A stretch of DNA of 64,000 bases, taken from Podarcis bocagei. Taxonomy: Eukaryota. Positions 1 through 12,779 of this stretch are shown piece by piece; the stretch's first letter is position 1, and every line of letters starts with the position of its first letter. The stretch lies in the NCBI GenBank assembly GCA_964188305.1, contig OZ076888.1. One strand, written 5' to 3'. The translations under genes were made by a program, and so were the position numbers. Below the pieces are notes generated by a model. That model saw only the letters and a program-made list of their open reading frames with translations, made no database searches and was not told the origin of the DNA.

Positions 1-1017
1 CCTGTACCCAGTTTGTTCCCCGTTTGTTACTGTTGTAGAACTTCTCTCCCCACTTCTTTTCTGGAGTGCGTGTCTGCCATTTTGTGGTTTGCCTCAAGTG
101 CCAACCCTGAAGTGCGGCTTTCAGTGTAGGAGAGGAACTGAGCAGGAAGAACAAGAAGCCTCTTGTGCGCTGTGGGTTTTTGAGGGGATGTTTATTGAGA
201 CCTTTTGCAGGTGCCATAAGGGTTTCTCAAACACACATTGGAACCTGCAAGCACCACATCAGTGACCCCTGCTCTACATTATTACTCTGCTACCTGCCAA
301 ACGTGGAACCAACCATTGCTCAACAACAGTCACCACCTGTCCTGGACGGAGCAGGTAATTTCCTAGCTGATGTGTCTTGGCTAAGATGACACTGAAGTGT
401 TTTAAGTAGACAGTCACCACAAAACCTGCCGTACGCTGGAGGGTAGCAAGAAACCTGCCCAGTGTGCTGCTTGGAATTCCTGAGTTTTCCATATTTCCTG
501 GGCAGCTGCCAGAGTCCTATGAGCTGCCAAGACATGGATTTCCCTGCTGTAATCAGGGACTGGAGAGATTATTGCTCAGCTGTCTTTGGGCCTGAGAGAG
601 ATAGAAAGAGGCAGTCAAGCACCACTGCACTGATCAGGGCCCCAGTGTTTTCGTCTCCCGCCTTCCAGGCTGGCACTAAATGTGTTATCTTTGCCCATAA
701 GCAGGCCCCCTTAAAGAGAGAGATGCATCACTCAGACCTTGGAAAAGACAGTCTGTACTGCTTCCTGGGCTGCTCCATTGAGTTCCAAGGTAGGAAGCCA
801 AGCATAGGTTACTAAGAAAGGTTCTAGGCAGGCAGTAGTTTCAATGAGAAGGAGAAGAGGCGACATTTCTTAGAAGGCAATGTAACAGCTTGTTCTTTCA
901 TTCATAAGGTTATGAGTTCTGCACATTCTAAGCTATTATTCTTCCCTTCCCTCACCACTCCTTGGCGGTTATGCATCATTGTTGCTTCCCAAAACAATTC
1001 ACTCTCAAACAGCATAG

Positions 1018-1070
1018 GGAGGAAGGAAGGAAGGAAGGAAGGAAGGAAGGAAGGAAGGAAGGAAGGAAGG
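1018..1070. repeat. (GGAA)n microsatellite
   Basis: Tandem GGAA run visible directly. Confidence 0.95.
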
Positions 1071-2241
1071 ATCAACACACTTTAGAAATTCCCCCAAGAC
1101 CTATTTCATAGAAGTGAACTTAACCCAGCGAAAACTCACCAGAGAATTAGAGCCACAAACAGGACCACCCCTACCATTGGGCAGAGTAAGGTGGCTTCCC
1201 AAGGCAGCCGATGTTGAAGGGTTGGCAGCAGGATGGGGGGGGGATGGAGCTGTGTGTGCCACATGGCCTGCCCTGCACCACCCAAGCTACCCTCCTGCTC
1301 TCAGGTGCAATGGAGGATGCTCTCCCATGGCTAGCTTTGAAGCAAGATTTAACTGCCAATCAGGTTGGTTTATGGAATGGGGGTGGGGTGCCATCTTGTC
1401 CTTCAACTCAGGCAGCAAAATATATTCAACTGCCCCAGCAGAAGTCCCACTATGTCTGCTGACATTTTTGCCCAAGGTCTCATTTGATTCTATTTGCAAA
1501 TCACTGAGCTTTCTACCAATATCACATGACCCCAGAACTTATCTCTCCCCCACCCCCCAATTTGGGAATTTGGGAAACCAAATTCAGTCTGAGATGTAAT
1601 GCTTCACTGTTGCTATTTGGTTGGAACGGGGGAAAGAGCATAAGGATAAGGCAAGGGGGAAAGGTGGAGATGTTTGAAGGAGCAGGGCTTCCTCAGATGG
1701 CTGAGGTGGTGAGAAGGTCACAGAAAGGATATCTACTGGGAGGGAAAGAAACCATGGGTTACTTCTAAGGCCAGGACAAGCAGTTTGTGCTAGATTTTGA
1801 GACTAGGCAGGAAGTCAGAAATTAAGGAGTGACATCGCATGATCTGGACAATGAGAGAGATTAATTGCTTATACACCTGTGAACTGTGGAGAGGATCAGC
1901 CTCTACTTCACAAGTGTGGCAGTTGCTTCTGTCCTTAGTTCATGCACAAACCAAGACTGCAGGACTCAATCGGTGAAAAAGAAGGGAGATCACCACACTG
2001 GTGCCGCAAATCCTATGGAGTGCTTCAGTCCCATGAGAATGCTCCAAAATGTAATTGCATAGGCTGAAACCTTCATGACTCTGGACCATGGAGCCTGGAC
2101 ATGCAATGGATACATAACTGACATGTTGCTAGTAAAACTCTGGCATCCTCTACCCCAACTCAAAAATATGCAGCCCACACACTTTAGCCATTGGTAAAAG
2201 ATCATGTACACTTACTCTTCACATATATCCCATGGTTCTTT

Positions 2242-2432
2242 GGGGGAGAACAGTGGCTCAGTGGTAGAACATCTGATTTGCATAGAGAAGGTTCCAGGTT
2301 CAGTCCCTGACATATCCTGGAATGGCTGGAGGAGAATTCTTGCCTGAAACCCTGGAGAGCCACTACCATAGACAATACAGAACTAGACAGAGCAATGTTC
2401 TTAATTGGTGTAAGGCACCTTCCCATGTTCTT
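2242..2432 (+). mobile_element. tRNA-derived SINE (Squam3-like)
   Basis: Box A (tggctcagtggtag), box B-like (ggttcagtccc), body cctgaaaccctggagagc...gacaatac, 3' end cttcccatgttc; related copies at 35884, 47419 and 57650. Confidence 0.8.
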
Positions 2433-2527
2433 AGCATTGTTATATATAACTAGTATGATCACAGGCCAGGCTATCACATGGCCTTCAAGTGTCTTCCAGC
2501 AGCGCTGCTAGCATGTAAAAAAGAATA

Positions 2528-2772
2528 CAATCATACCTTGGGTTACAGACGCTTCAGGTTGCGTTTTTTCAGGTTACGGACGCACCGAAACCCAGAAGTA
2601 CCGGAACGGGTTACTTCCAGGTTTCGGCAGTCGAGCATGCATAGAAGCGTTAAATCGCGCTTTGCGCATGCGCAGAAGTGCCGAATCACAACCCGTGCAT
2701 GCACAGACATGCCGCTGCAGGTTGCAAACGTGCATCCCACACAGATCACGTTCGCAACCCGAGCGTCCACTG
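2528..2772. mobile_element. Tc1/mariner (Tigger/pogo-like) MITE
   Basis: TA on both flanks (2526-2527, 2773-2774); imperfect TIRs caatcataccttgggtt / aacccgagcgtccactg; shares ggttacagacgcttcaggtt with the 23126 family. Confidence 0.8.
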
Positions 2773-3550
2773 TAGTCAAATTATAGGGCTGGCATGGGTT
2801 CTCCATGCTATCAGACGCTTTAAAACATATCACAAAAATAAGTTCCAGAGCACCACCTGCTCCACTGCATCTTTTCTGTATAGACTCAGGGTTCTTCTCA
2901 AGAGTACCATGTCTGTAGGACAAGGAGACAAGACAGCTTTCTGAAACAGTTAGCCTAGACATGCACAGGGTTGTACTTTTAGTTATGTGAATGAGAATTT
3001 CTAATAATCAGCAGGTGAGAAAACTGGCCTATAAACAACAATACATTCAAAATAGACCATAAACCAAGCCTCACATTCTTTAACTTTCATCTGAGTTTCT
3101 GTCTGTTTAGCATTTTAGCCAGTTTTCTTTCAAGAATTTTTTTACTGGCTCTTCTAATACTGTGTATTGTTCATGTTTCATTGTATCTCCTTATTTGTGT
3201 CCCTCTAATGCCATCCTTCTTTCATCTCTCTAAGGCCTTTTTTCCTCCTCTCCTGATTCTGACTCTTTCTTTAGCTTCTTATGTTTCCCTTTAAGTACTC
3301 TTTTGCTTATTTTGTATTGTAGCAAATCAGTGTAGGACTTCATGGTTGTCACTCTGCTGCACACATACAATGACTGTGAAAAAGAAAGCAACCACAAAGA
3401 CATAACTTGGTTCTTCCTTCTAAGACCCATTCCTTCCACCAAACAGGAAACTCTCCTTTGCTGCTTCCTGCCCAGAGAGAGACCTACATAGTTTGACTCC
3501 ACCCACCAGAGGGCAGTGTTGCATCTACACAGTGGTCTCCTCATTGCAAC

Positions 3551-3590
3551 TATTGTTTGATAATTTTATATATTGTTTGATAATTTTATC
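3551..3590. repeat. 20-bp tandem duplication
   Basis: tattgtttgataattttat(a/c) twice in a row. Confidence 0.9.
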
Positions 3591-3874
3591 ATTTTAAATC
3601 ATTTTACATCCAGCTTATCCCCCTTCTTGAAAACTTTAAAAGCTTATTTTAATTCATTTTATTGCTCTTTTTTTTAACCTCAGAAATAGCCATGGGTCTT
3701 TTGAAATGTGCATTCATTCAAATACACGCACTCTTGCAAATTTAGATTAAATGAATATGCCGCTTGGATTTTATGACATAGAATGTATCATGTTGCAGTT
3801 ACATTGAATCTCATCTCCCACGCTCAGTTCTGTGAAAACGACTGACCCCCAAACTCAAGGTGGCAGCATAGGAG

Positions 3875-4200
3875 CAGAGGTGGAGCTAGCTGTTCCGGCA
3901 CCCGGAGCGGCGAACATGCTGTGCACCTGGGGGTGGGGATAGCCACCCACAGGGCGGGGCAAACATCCCATGTGGGCGGGGCAAGCATCCCAGGGGGGTG
4001 CTGCCTGCAGTGTTCGGTGAGCATCTCAGGGGGGTGATCGGCACAGCAATCGGTACCCACTGGGGGTGATTGCATGTCGATCAGTGTCCAGGGGGGCAAT
4101 TGGTGCGGCAATTGGCGTCCGGGGGGGATTTTGTCATGCCCCCCCTCAGGGATGACACCTGTGGCGGACCTCCCTCACCGCCCCCCTTCCTACGCCCCTG
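3875..4200. mobile_element. hAT-type MITE
   Basis: Exact 8-bp TSD cataggag (3867-3874, 4201-4208); imperfect TIRs cagaggtggag / ctacgcccctg; GC-rich interior. Confidence 0.85.
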
Positions 4201-5761
4201 CATAGGAGTGAGGTCAGATCACGTCTCCCACATTCCTGCTGACTCCAGCACTGCTTCTGATCTAAACACAGAGATGAGGTTTGCTATGGCAGCCCCATCC
4301 CATTGCTTGCTCCAGACATCATATGTGGGACATGTTACTCCTGAATAATTTAGATCCGGGCTCCCCAGTGTAGCTCCCATGAGCATCATGGTGCCATCAG
4401 ACAAGTCCCATGCTACCCATTGGGGGGTTGGGGGGATAACCTGTGGTGGTTTTCCGGTCTATGTTTTATTTGTCTGGGGTGTGTGCAGGTGTTTTTCCTT
4501 TTGTTTGAGGTAGGGTTTCTGAACATCATGAGTTTCCCCCTGAAATGGGCATTTTGTGGTGCCCACGGCAGTGTCTTAGATTTCCAAAGGCACCTCTGGA
4601 CCCTCCAAATTCACTGGAATCAATGAGCTTCTTAGGTACAGCTAACTTTGCACAAGACTGGGCTACCCATCTAGACTATGTGCCAGGTCTGGATATGATG
4701 TGCAATGATTGCTGCTGGAGCAGACATAGCCTGAAAGGCAGACCTGGACTCTTTCCATCTCAGTCAACATCATCAGCAGGAATAGACACTTTCTAAGACC
4801 AAATTAAGCTGTCAGTTACACCTTTGCAGCCATGGTGTTTCCCAATTAAGACCCTTCAGTAAATTTGCACAGGGATTAGAATTTAATAAAGGTTTCCCTC
4901 AGGGCCAGAGAAGAAATAGAATCTGCATTTCTCCAAGTCCCAGCTGTCTCGGCTGTGTAAGCACTGCATGAGTAACAGCAGCAACAGCCAATATTTACTT
5001 TTTGTCAAGATGGGCTGCACACAGTGTGACGAGATGTCTATTTTCCAGCCACTAGATGACTCTCTGAGCTGCAACTACTTTTAGACAACCTGCATCTGTG
5101 GTGAACAAAAGGTAGACATGGTGGGGCATTAAGCAGAAGGCTGTCTCTGAAACACTTTTGCAATAAAATGCCTTCTTTCTGAAGGCCAGAAATTCACACA
5201 ATGGACTTTAATAGGGTAAATCACAGTATCAGTGGTGGATACTGAAATCTGCAGTGGAATAGCACTCTGGTTGTTTTGTCATGTGACCGAAGAGCAAATA
5301 ACTTGCCACTTCTCAAGCCATATTTGTAAACCAAATTTCAAAGTTGCCAGCACAGGAATTAAAATTTTAGATGTAATTTGTGAGTTTCTAGCAAATGCTC
5401 ATTTAACAAATTTAACAAATGCAACATTTGTTCTTCCCTCTCCATTATCCCCATGGACCTCACCTGGAACATAATATAAATGCCTTTGCACAAGGCGTCC
5501 TTCGTACTGGATGGCCAAAGGTTAGAGATGGTGGGAGTTGAAATCTGGAAGACTACTCCTGGATTAGATGTTTGAAGTGGCACTTCAGTGTTGCTTGTAA
5601 CATCTAGTGCCTCGCTAAATGCAAACCAAATAGTAACTAGTCACTGTCCTGGTGGTCCTGAAAGAATTCACACAGTTCTGCACTAGTGTGCTTGACTGTA
5701 ACACTGCAGGATCATTTTGAAATGGAGGTGATACAAGTTTGGATGCACGTTGAGTTAACAG

Positions 5762-5890
5762 GATCTCAGGAAGCAGATCTGGGCAAGACATCTGTCTAAA
5801 ACCTTGGAGACCTCCAGACAGCTGCAGTACACACTACTGGGCTGGATAGACCAATGGTCAGATTCAATATAAAGTTAACTGCAGATGTCT
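5762..5890 (+). mobile_element. Degenerate Squam3-like SINE 3' part
   Basis: aaaccttggaga...actactgggctggatagaccaatggtcagattcaatata resembles the body of the 2242 and 35884 copies. Confidence 0.55.
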
Positions 5891-6124
5891 CTGTTTAAAG
5901 TGTAATTATTATTAAACCTGCAATCCCTTTCCACAATTTGTAGGACGCAATCCTTGCTGAACACAGAAGATGTTTATGTATAGGATTCCTCTGAAGGGTC
6001 AGCACCCTACAGGAATGTGGTTAATCTAACACCAGGTGTTTAAAAGTTAGCTGGAAAAGATTCAAAGATTCAAAGGTCTAACTGCAGAACGGGACCCCAA
6101 GAGATTATGTAAGGAAACTTCAAA

Positions 6125-6255
6125 GAGTGGTGCTCTTACAAATTGGAAACTGGTTAAAAGGCAAAAAGTAAAGGGTGGGAATAAATGCTCACAACGCTTT
6201 TCATAATGGTAAACAGTGTGACTCCACAAGGGCATTATTGGCTGGTATTGCTGCT
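6125..6255 (+). mobile_element. Ancient CR1 LINE RT fragment
   Basis: Degenerate translation resembles the CR1 RT motif NWLKGxxxRVGIN...V.SGVPQG. Confidence 0.55.
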
Positions 6256-7978
6256 GCTAAATTATCTATAGACAAATTGTAAGAATTGTAAGGTAGCCAT
6301 ACTGTAAGTCCCAGGCTGACACATATCTAGTCTGCATCTAGGTTAGAATTGCTAGGTTGGGCTGGCAATCTGTTGCTGCAAAAACAAGAAAGTGTCTTGT
6401 GGCCAGTGGCATAGCAGGGGTTGCCAGCGCTTGGGGCTACACAGAGGAGGATGGGTGGGAGAGAGGGAAATGGATGGAGTATACATGCACATTCAGCTGC
6501 CTAATGGTGTCATGCCACCCAGGAGATTGCAGCCACAGAGATACGAAAAGAAGAGCCATTCCATTGTCTGGAGAGGTCACTTCCTGGTTTGCATGGAGAA
6601 GCTATTTTCAACACAGCCCAGCAATGGAAGCATGCAGCTGTACTGAGGCAGCACCAGCGATTGAAATTTTGCATCCCTAACAATTTTGTGCCTGGGGCAA
6701 TGTTATTCCTATGTCGGTTCCACAAAATGGATAGGTCAAGAGGATAGGAATGGGGGCTTCATGAGAACACTGCAGTGCATGCTCATAAGCCGCTCTTGTT
6801 CATTCCAAATTCCCATTCATTTCAATTGTCTGATGGATTGTGACTAATGTTTGTTTTGTGTTTTGAAGCCACTATGGCCAGCTTTTTAAAAGTAAGATGT
6901 TTCCAACTAGATTATTCTTTTAGGGAACGCTGTGCTATACACACATTCCTTTCTGCCTTGCCTAAGAGTGCTCCTGGGAATCTAGACCAACCAGGACTTC
7001 TAAAAGTGGCATAACCAGAGGCCTTGAACAGAATGTGCACCTTCTGAGCTCCTGCTGTTTGCGGCTCTGCCTCCTTTTCTTTGCCTGACATTGTTTAATG
7101 ATTTGATGCCGAAGCCAAACAGAATAGCTGAACCAAACAAGAGAAATGAAAGTGCGCCTTGATTGATACTGACAGATTTCCAGGTCATGCAATGTCATAC
7201 TCAACGAGGAGAAAATGTGAAGTTATGCCAGGGCATTTCAGATACATTGGATAAGAGAAAAGCTAAAACAGAAGTATTCCTTCTATTTCTTAGACTTTAA
7301 AGTGGTTTAGTTAAAATGTAGCACATCATAAAAGAGACTAAGATGAATAGAAACTGATATATCACACTGAATTAAATGGGACTTACTCCTAGGTAAATGT
7401 GCATTGATGATTGCAGCCTCAAACTCTGGGGGAATACAGTGTAGTGCTATGAAAAGCAGTTCAGCTTGCCAGACAGAATGATCCCCTCTCTCCTCACCTT
7501 GTCTGCTGTTCTGGGGGTTCTCCCAACAGCACCCCAGAGCCAAATTTGAGGGGCATGGCAGCTTATGGGGGGAGGAGGGGGAGTTAAGCCCTACTGCAGT
7601 AGCCCAAGTCCTTGCATGGGCTTCTGCTAGCAGGACTCATTAGTTGAGCCTGGCTCTCCGTTTCAAGAAATTAAGAAAAGGAATCTATTTTTGTGCAGAA
7701 CACATTCAAAGTATGAGCTCCTTCTCAGCCCTCACTATATCTGACCAAACGGGTCAGTTTTATCATACTACTATATGGTACTAATCCAATCACTGTTCTG
7801 TTAGGAATGTCAAAATATTTCTAGTTGTTTCAAATTTGCATCTGGAAGTCAAACTCTTCCCACTGTGATCTCATATCCCCTCTCATACCAAATCCCAAGC
7901 CTTACAATATCACTAACTCCCTTCTGTTGCTAAGACCTGCGTGTGAAGTCTTTACCCAATTCCTTTGCCTCCTTGGTC

Positions 7979-8129
7979 CAGAGGCGGATTTAGGGGACCA
8001 TAACTGGTTTGTCTGCACTGGGCACCACAGGGGACGCTGCAATCATGATGAATGGAAAGCAGGAGGAGGGACAAATTTTGGCATCGCACAGGATGCCACT
8101 GAATTTTTAAAGCCCAAAGTCTACCATTG
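7979..8129. mobile_element. Probable degenerate hAT-type MITE
   Basis: Starts cagaggcggatttagg and ends gtctaccattg; near-TSD cttggtc/cttggtt. Confidence 0.45.
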
Positions 8130-8424
8130 CTTGGTTTGTGTGTGTAGAGAGAGAGGGGGGGGAGGGAAAGGGTCAGATTTAGAATAAATAATTAGTAATA
8201 TACCAAGATATTCTGTTTAAATATCCAGTTTAAGAGCTGATTCTCATATTATTATTATTTTGCACAGGGTCACAAGTCTCAGTATAAAATAGACAGGTGT
8301 CCTGTTAAAGTTGAAGGGCCTGAACACTGAGAGTTAGGAGCATGCCATTACAAAAGTCAGATATGGCAGCTAGGAAGGAATGAGGCAATCCTTCTGTGTT
8401 TTTGATAAATTCATACACAATTAG

Positions 8425-8573
8425 TCCCAGATGATGATCTGAAGGCATTTGATACATGAGCCATGCTGCAGATAAGCAGATCTGAGTCTCATCAGTGCCT
8501 GGATGGGAGGTCCTGTGTATGCCACCTCTGTTGAAGAAGGAAGACAGGATATAAAGAAACAATAAATAAATAA
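8425..8573 (+). mobile_element. Degenerate SINE with 5S rRNA-related segment
   Basis: gataagcagatctgagtctcatcagtgcctggatgggag resembles the 5S internal control region; A-rich tail; related copy at 18450. Confidence 0.5.
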
Positions 8574-8914
8574 TTCTTTTTGCATGTGCCCTTCACCTTG
8601 GATGAAAAAATCCTACACTTTATACACTGGCATAACTGCCATCAAGTCAGCTGCCTGAGGGAAGAACTGTGTGGCAGAACCTGTCCTGTCCTCCTGACCT
8701 GGACATGGACCTCACAACTTCTGGTTCTATATTCCTGACTCGTCTGAGGCTGCTGAACTCCTGAGGCCCAGTCCTGACACAAGGAAAGGATCCAGCCTTT
8801 CTTTCCCTGCATTTCCCAAGGGTCCTCTGCAATAAAAAAGCGGGTATCAAGCTAACATTGCACATGGCTGTAGTGTAACTTGCCATTTGGCCCGCAGAGA
8901 CGAAGGATACTAAG

Positions 8915-8958
8915 AAATTGTAAGAGACCTTGCTTAAAATTGTAAGAGACCTTGCTTA
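8915..8958. repeat. 22-bp tandem duplication
   Basis: aaattgtaagagaccttgctta twice, exact. Confidence 0.9.
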
Positions 8959-9694
8959 GAATTCATTTGGCCCCTTCCTTACCCCAGTCTCTTATAAAAG
9001 GGCTCAGAGCTTGAGAGGGTTCCCAACATCAAACAGAGAATTGTGTCACAGAAGTGCAGGGTGCCAGAGGTCATCATGGCAGCCCAATTTTCAAGGCGAA
9101 TTACACATTACATCGCATTTTACGTACTTCCCAGGTCCCTTGAAAATATTTGTGCTTTGTGGGGGGATTAGCTGGTATTTGAACTTGAAATGTAGAACCG
9201 TGTCCTGAGCAAAAATTACCAAAAATTTCATACTCATCTCTCAATGTCCAGTGGAATCATTTGATTCCAAACCATCAGGATGCTAAATATGTGAGTTAAA
9301 CCAAAGCTTCATGTCATTTGGACAAGGACTTACCTAGAAGAAACAGTAGCAGATACACAAGTTTTTTCATATGTCCACCCCATTAAAGTAAAGGATGAGG
9401 AGCATGTGGAAGAAGGATGTTGAACCCTTACTCGCACCTTACCTCTCTGCAGCCTGTTGTTGTGTGAGCACTTTTCACCATTCTTAGCTCACTTCCACTA
9501 TGAATGCCAAGAAGGGAAAAGCTCTTGAAGCAACTAAGAGGAGGAAATGCACTGGAAATGGTTCTTTCCTTCTTCTGTATACTCCTGTGTACAGCAGGGT
9601 GGCCACTTGATACTTTATTTGTGAATGAGGGACCAACACATAAACAGTGGTCAATAGACACACATGGGAGATGCATTGGCAGTTCTTTGGTTGG

Positions 9695-9820
9695 CAAATA
9701 CATTGGGAGACGCCTAATTCAGACCATTGGTTCATCTAACTCAGCACTGTCTCTGGCGAGAAACAGCAGTGGCTCCCCAGAGTTTCAGATGGGACAGGGG
9801 TCCAGCGCTATCTGGAGATG
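9695..9820 (-). mobile_element. Degenerate Squam3-like SINE fragment
   Basis: cagaccattggttcatctaactcagca...ggctccccagagtttcaga is the reverse complement of the SINE body. Confidence 0.5.
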
Positions 9821-10377
9821 TGAGAGAGATCTGAAGCGGGATCTTTGTCTATCCAAACTTTCCTACACACCCGAACACACCCTGGAGAATGTTGTGTAGG
9901 GCGAAAAGTAACATGAAACCAGCGCTGGCAGTTTTGAAGACAAATGAAGACATTTGAATTGCAATGGGAGGTCGACCCTGAACTATCTTTCAAGGCTTGG
10001 GAAATAATTCACATAGAAATTTATATCATGTATCAAGTAGAGAAAAATAAGCTGAAGGAGTAAGTCTGCCGGTGGAAGGAGAGAGTTATGGTAGTGACCG
10101 TTTATTCACTTGCGTCCCACTCCCAGCCTTCCTCAGATGAGCTTAGAGCAGCATTTTAGCCCCACAAGAAGCCTTGGCCACAGGTAGCCTGAGAAAGCAG
10201 AGGTACGAGCAGCCACTGTCCATGTAGTGGGTCAATGCTGTCCTCCTGACACCTGCATCACTGCAGCTTATCTGAACAGGGTTGAGGTGGAACAGGCAGG
10301 GCGGTGGGGAGGTCTGGCATGTGCAGCTTCACCAGTGTAGCAAATCTGGCACACATGCTGGTGCATCTGTGCAGCCT

Positions 10378-10713
10378 AGGGATGAGAGAGGCATATGATT
10401 CAGTTTGTATTGAAAGGTGAGCTTAATAAATTTGCGCTTTTCGAAAACAATACTCAAACTGAAACACAGCTATCCTTTGAAATTCACATGTATCCAAATT
10501 TTGCAATGGAGTTCTCCAGACAAATCATGTGTACAAAAAGGGCATCTGCCAGGGTAGAGTATGCATAAAATGTTAGCGAGAATGGCATGCAAAAATGCAT
10601 TATATTAGGGGAAATTGCTTTGCAAAAAATGTGAATGTTATGTAAAATTGCACATAAAATGGAAAAAAGCAGGAGAAACATTCCCAAAGATGTTAATGAA
10701 TTTTCATAGACTT

Positions 10714-10766
<53 letters not shown>

Positions 10767-10870
10767 TGCAAACTGATATAGAAATGTGGAGAACTGAACT
10801 TAGGATTTGAAAAATGAGAAACTGACTGTGAGTGAACCTGAAAATGACCTATTTGAATAGCACTCGTCTA
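10378..10870 (+). mobile_element. Non-autonomous DNA-transposon-like repeat (TAGGGATG start), contains an (AAT)n run at 10716-10765
   Basis: Shares aaac.gaaacacag..atcctttgaa...aattttgcaatg...ggggaaattgcttt with copies at 33003, 44235 and 45639; class is inferred. Confidence 0.7.
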
Positions 10871-10875
10871 GCCCC

Positions 10876-11242
10876 GGGATGCAGGTGGCGCTGTGGGTTA
10901 AACCACAGAGCCTAGGACTTGCCGATCAAAAGGCTGGCGGTTCGAATCCCCGCAATGGGGTGAGCTCCCATTGCTCGGTCCCTGCTCCTGCCAACATAGC
11001 AGTTCGAAAGCACGTCAAAGTGCAAGTAGATAAATAGGTACCATTCCAGCGGGAAGGTAAACGGCATTTCCATGCACTGCTCTGGTTCACCAGAAGTGGC
11101 TTAGTCATGCTGGCACATGACCTGGAAGCTGTATGCCGGCTCCCTCGGCCAATAAAGCGAGATGAGCGCCGCAACCCCAGAGTCGGTCACGACTGGACCT
11201 AATAGTCAGGGGTCCCTTTACAATCAACAACAATCAACCTTA
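10876..11242 (+). mobile_element. Sauria SINE (Squam1), full length
   Basis: Head gggatgcaggtggcgctgtgggttaaacc, box B ggttcgaatcc, typical body and 3' end; 10-bp TSD gtctagcccc (10866-10875, 11243-11252). Confidence 0.95.
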
Positions 11243-11875
11243 GTCTAGCCCCACCCTCACTGTCCCATACTGGTAAGCTGTGGCAATGCCAGTGTCATAA
11301 AGGCTGCTCTGCTCTACCACACCAGCTGCTACTAGCCAAGCAAAGATGCTTCACAGCTGTGTGGGGGTCCAAAGATTGTTTCCCCACATCTAAAACAAAC
11401 CCTAGGCACTGCACTGCACAATGCAGTTCATGTGGCTTTGGGGGGCTATAGCAGCTCCAGTTTCCGGTCAGCTTATAACAACTTCCAAGCAGACTGCTAA
11501 GGGCTGATCCAGTTAAATGCATGTCAGTGCCATGAACAGAACTTCTGCCAGCATCAGCCTGTGGCATCAGCCTGAACAACAGACTCGGACTGTCTGGAAA
11601 TTCAGCCGGGAATAATCATAGGCTGACGGAAAACATGGCGGCCATGGTCCAAAACCATTATCCTGCGAATAGGGCCCACCTTGGTGCTACTGTGCATTCA
11701 TATCCACTCCTTTGACATAAACTATGCTTTCAGGAAAAAGGTTCCTGCTTTTCTTCCCTCTGTGGTTAATAACAGCTTCAGGAGGGGAGGCGTCCATAGA
11801 TTAATTTATGCAGCAGAAAGGGTTAATTCCACCCCACTTTGATTCAATTCCCCATTTCAATTAGGCAAGGAAAAG

Positions 11876-11906
<31 letters not shown>

Positions 11907-12495
11907 GGAGATATCACTGCACACCCCAAATCAGAATACAGACTATTTAACTGTGGACCCACATGCAGCTTTTATCTGGTACCAATTCCATGGCTGGCAT
12001 TGTCTGTTACCTAGAATGGGAATGGCAGTCCCCTGAAGGACTTGCAGTTGACATTGGACAGGTGAGAGGAAGGTGCAAGGAGAAAGAAGGTGCTGGCATG
12101 TGAGGAGCAGTGAGCAGGGTAGGGTGAACCAGTTGGCAGTGGAGTGGAGGTGCACAGTTAAAATGAGGCACAGCTTAGACTTTGCTTAAGGCGTGTGTTT
12201 TGAGATGGGACATGGCGGGGAGGGAGGACAAGGAGACAAGGGGGTGGAGGAATCTCTTACATGAATAGGGAACAGAAACAAATATCCAAGATTCAAAGGG
12301 GACCCTCCTTCATCTCCCCCCTCTTTTTTTGGCCTATATTAGCATTGTTCTGTTGGAAAACCCTCTGTTTGTGAAAACGCTCTCAGCCTTCAGGACAGAA
12401 GCCAAAATCAAAGCGCCGTCTTTTATTTGGAGTTTATCAGTGGCTATTGTCCTTATCAAACAAAGCCCTTTCATCAGGGCTTCTTTAACACACTT

Positions 12496-12779
12496 NNNNN
12501 NNNNNNNNNNNNNNNNNNNNNNNNNNNNNNNNNNNNNNNNNNNNNNNNNNNNNNNNNNNNNNNNNNNNNNNNNNNNNNNNNNNNNNNNNNNNNNNNNNNN
12601 NNNNNNNNNNNNNNNNNNNNNNNNNNNNNNNNNNNNNNNNNNNNNNNNNNNNNNNNNNNNNNNNNNNNNNNNNNNNNNNNNNNNNNNNNNNNNNNNNNNN
12701 NNNNNNNNNNNNNNNNNNNNNNNNNNNNNNNNNNNNNNNNNNNNNNNNNNNNNNNNNNNNNNNNNNNNNNNNNNNNNNN
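12496..12779. other. Assembly gap (N run)
   Basis: Run of N. Confidence 1.

Noticed and set aside
8425-8573. 5S rRNA gene
   Set aside because: Only a short, diverged segment with a retroposon-like tail.
10484-10771. Homopolymeric and dipeptide ORFs (poly-L, poly-N, poly-I, ER, HT, CV repeats across the window)
   Set aside because: Translations of microsatellites.
10876-10960. tRNA genes (A/B boxes here and at 2242, 27836, 36334, 46550)
   Set aside because: They are SINE heads that continue into SINE bodies.
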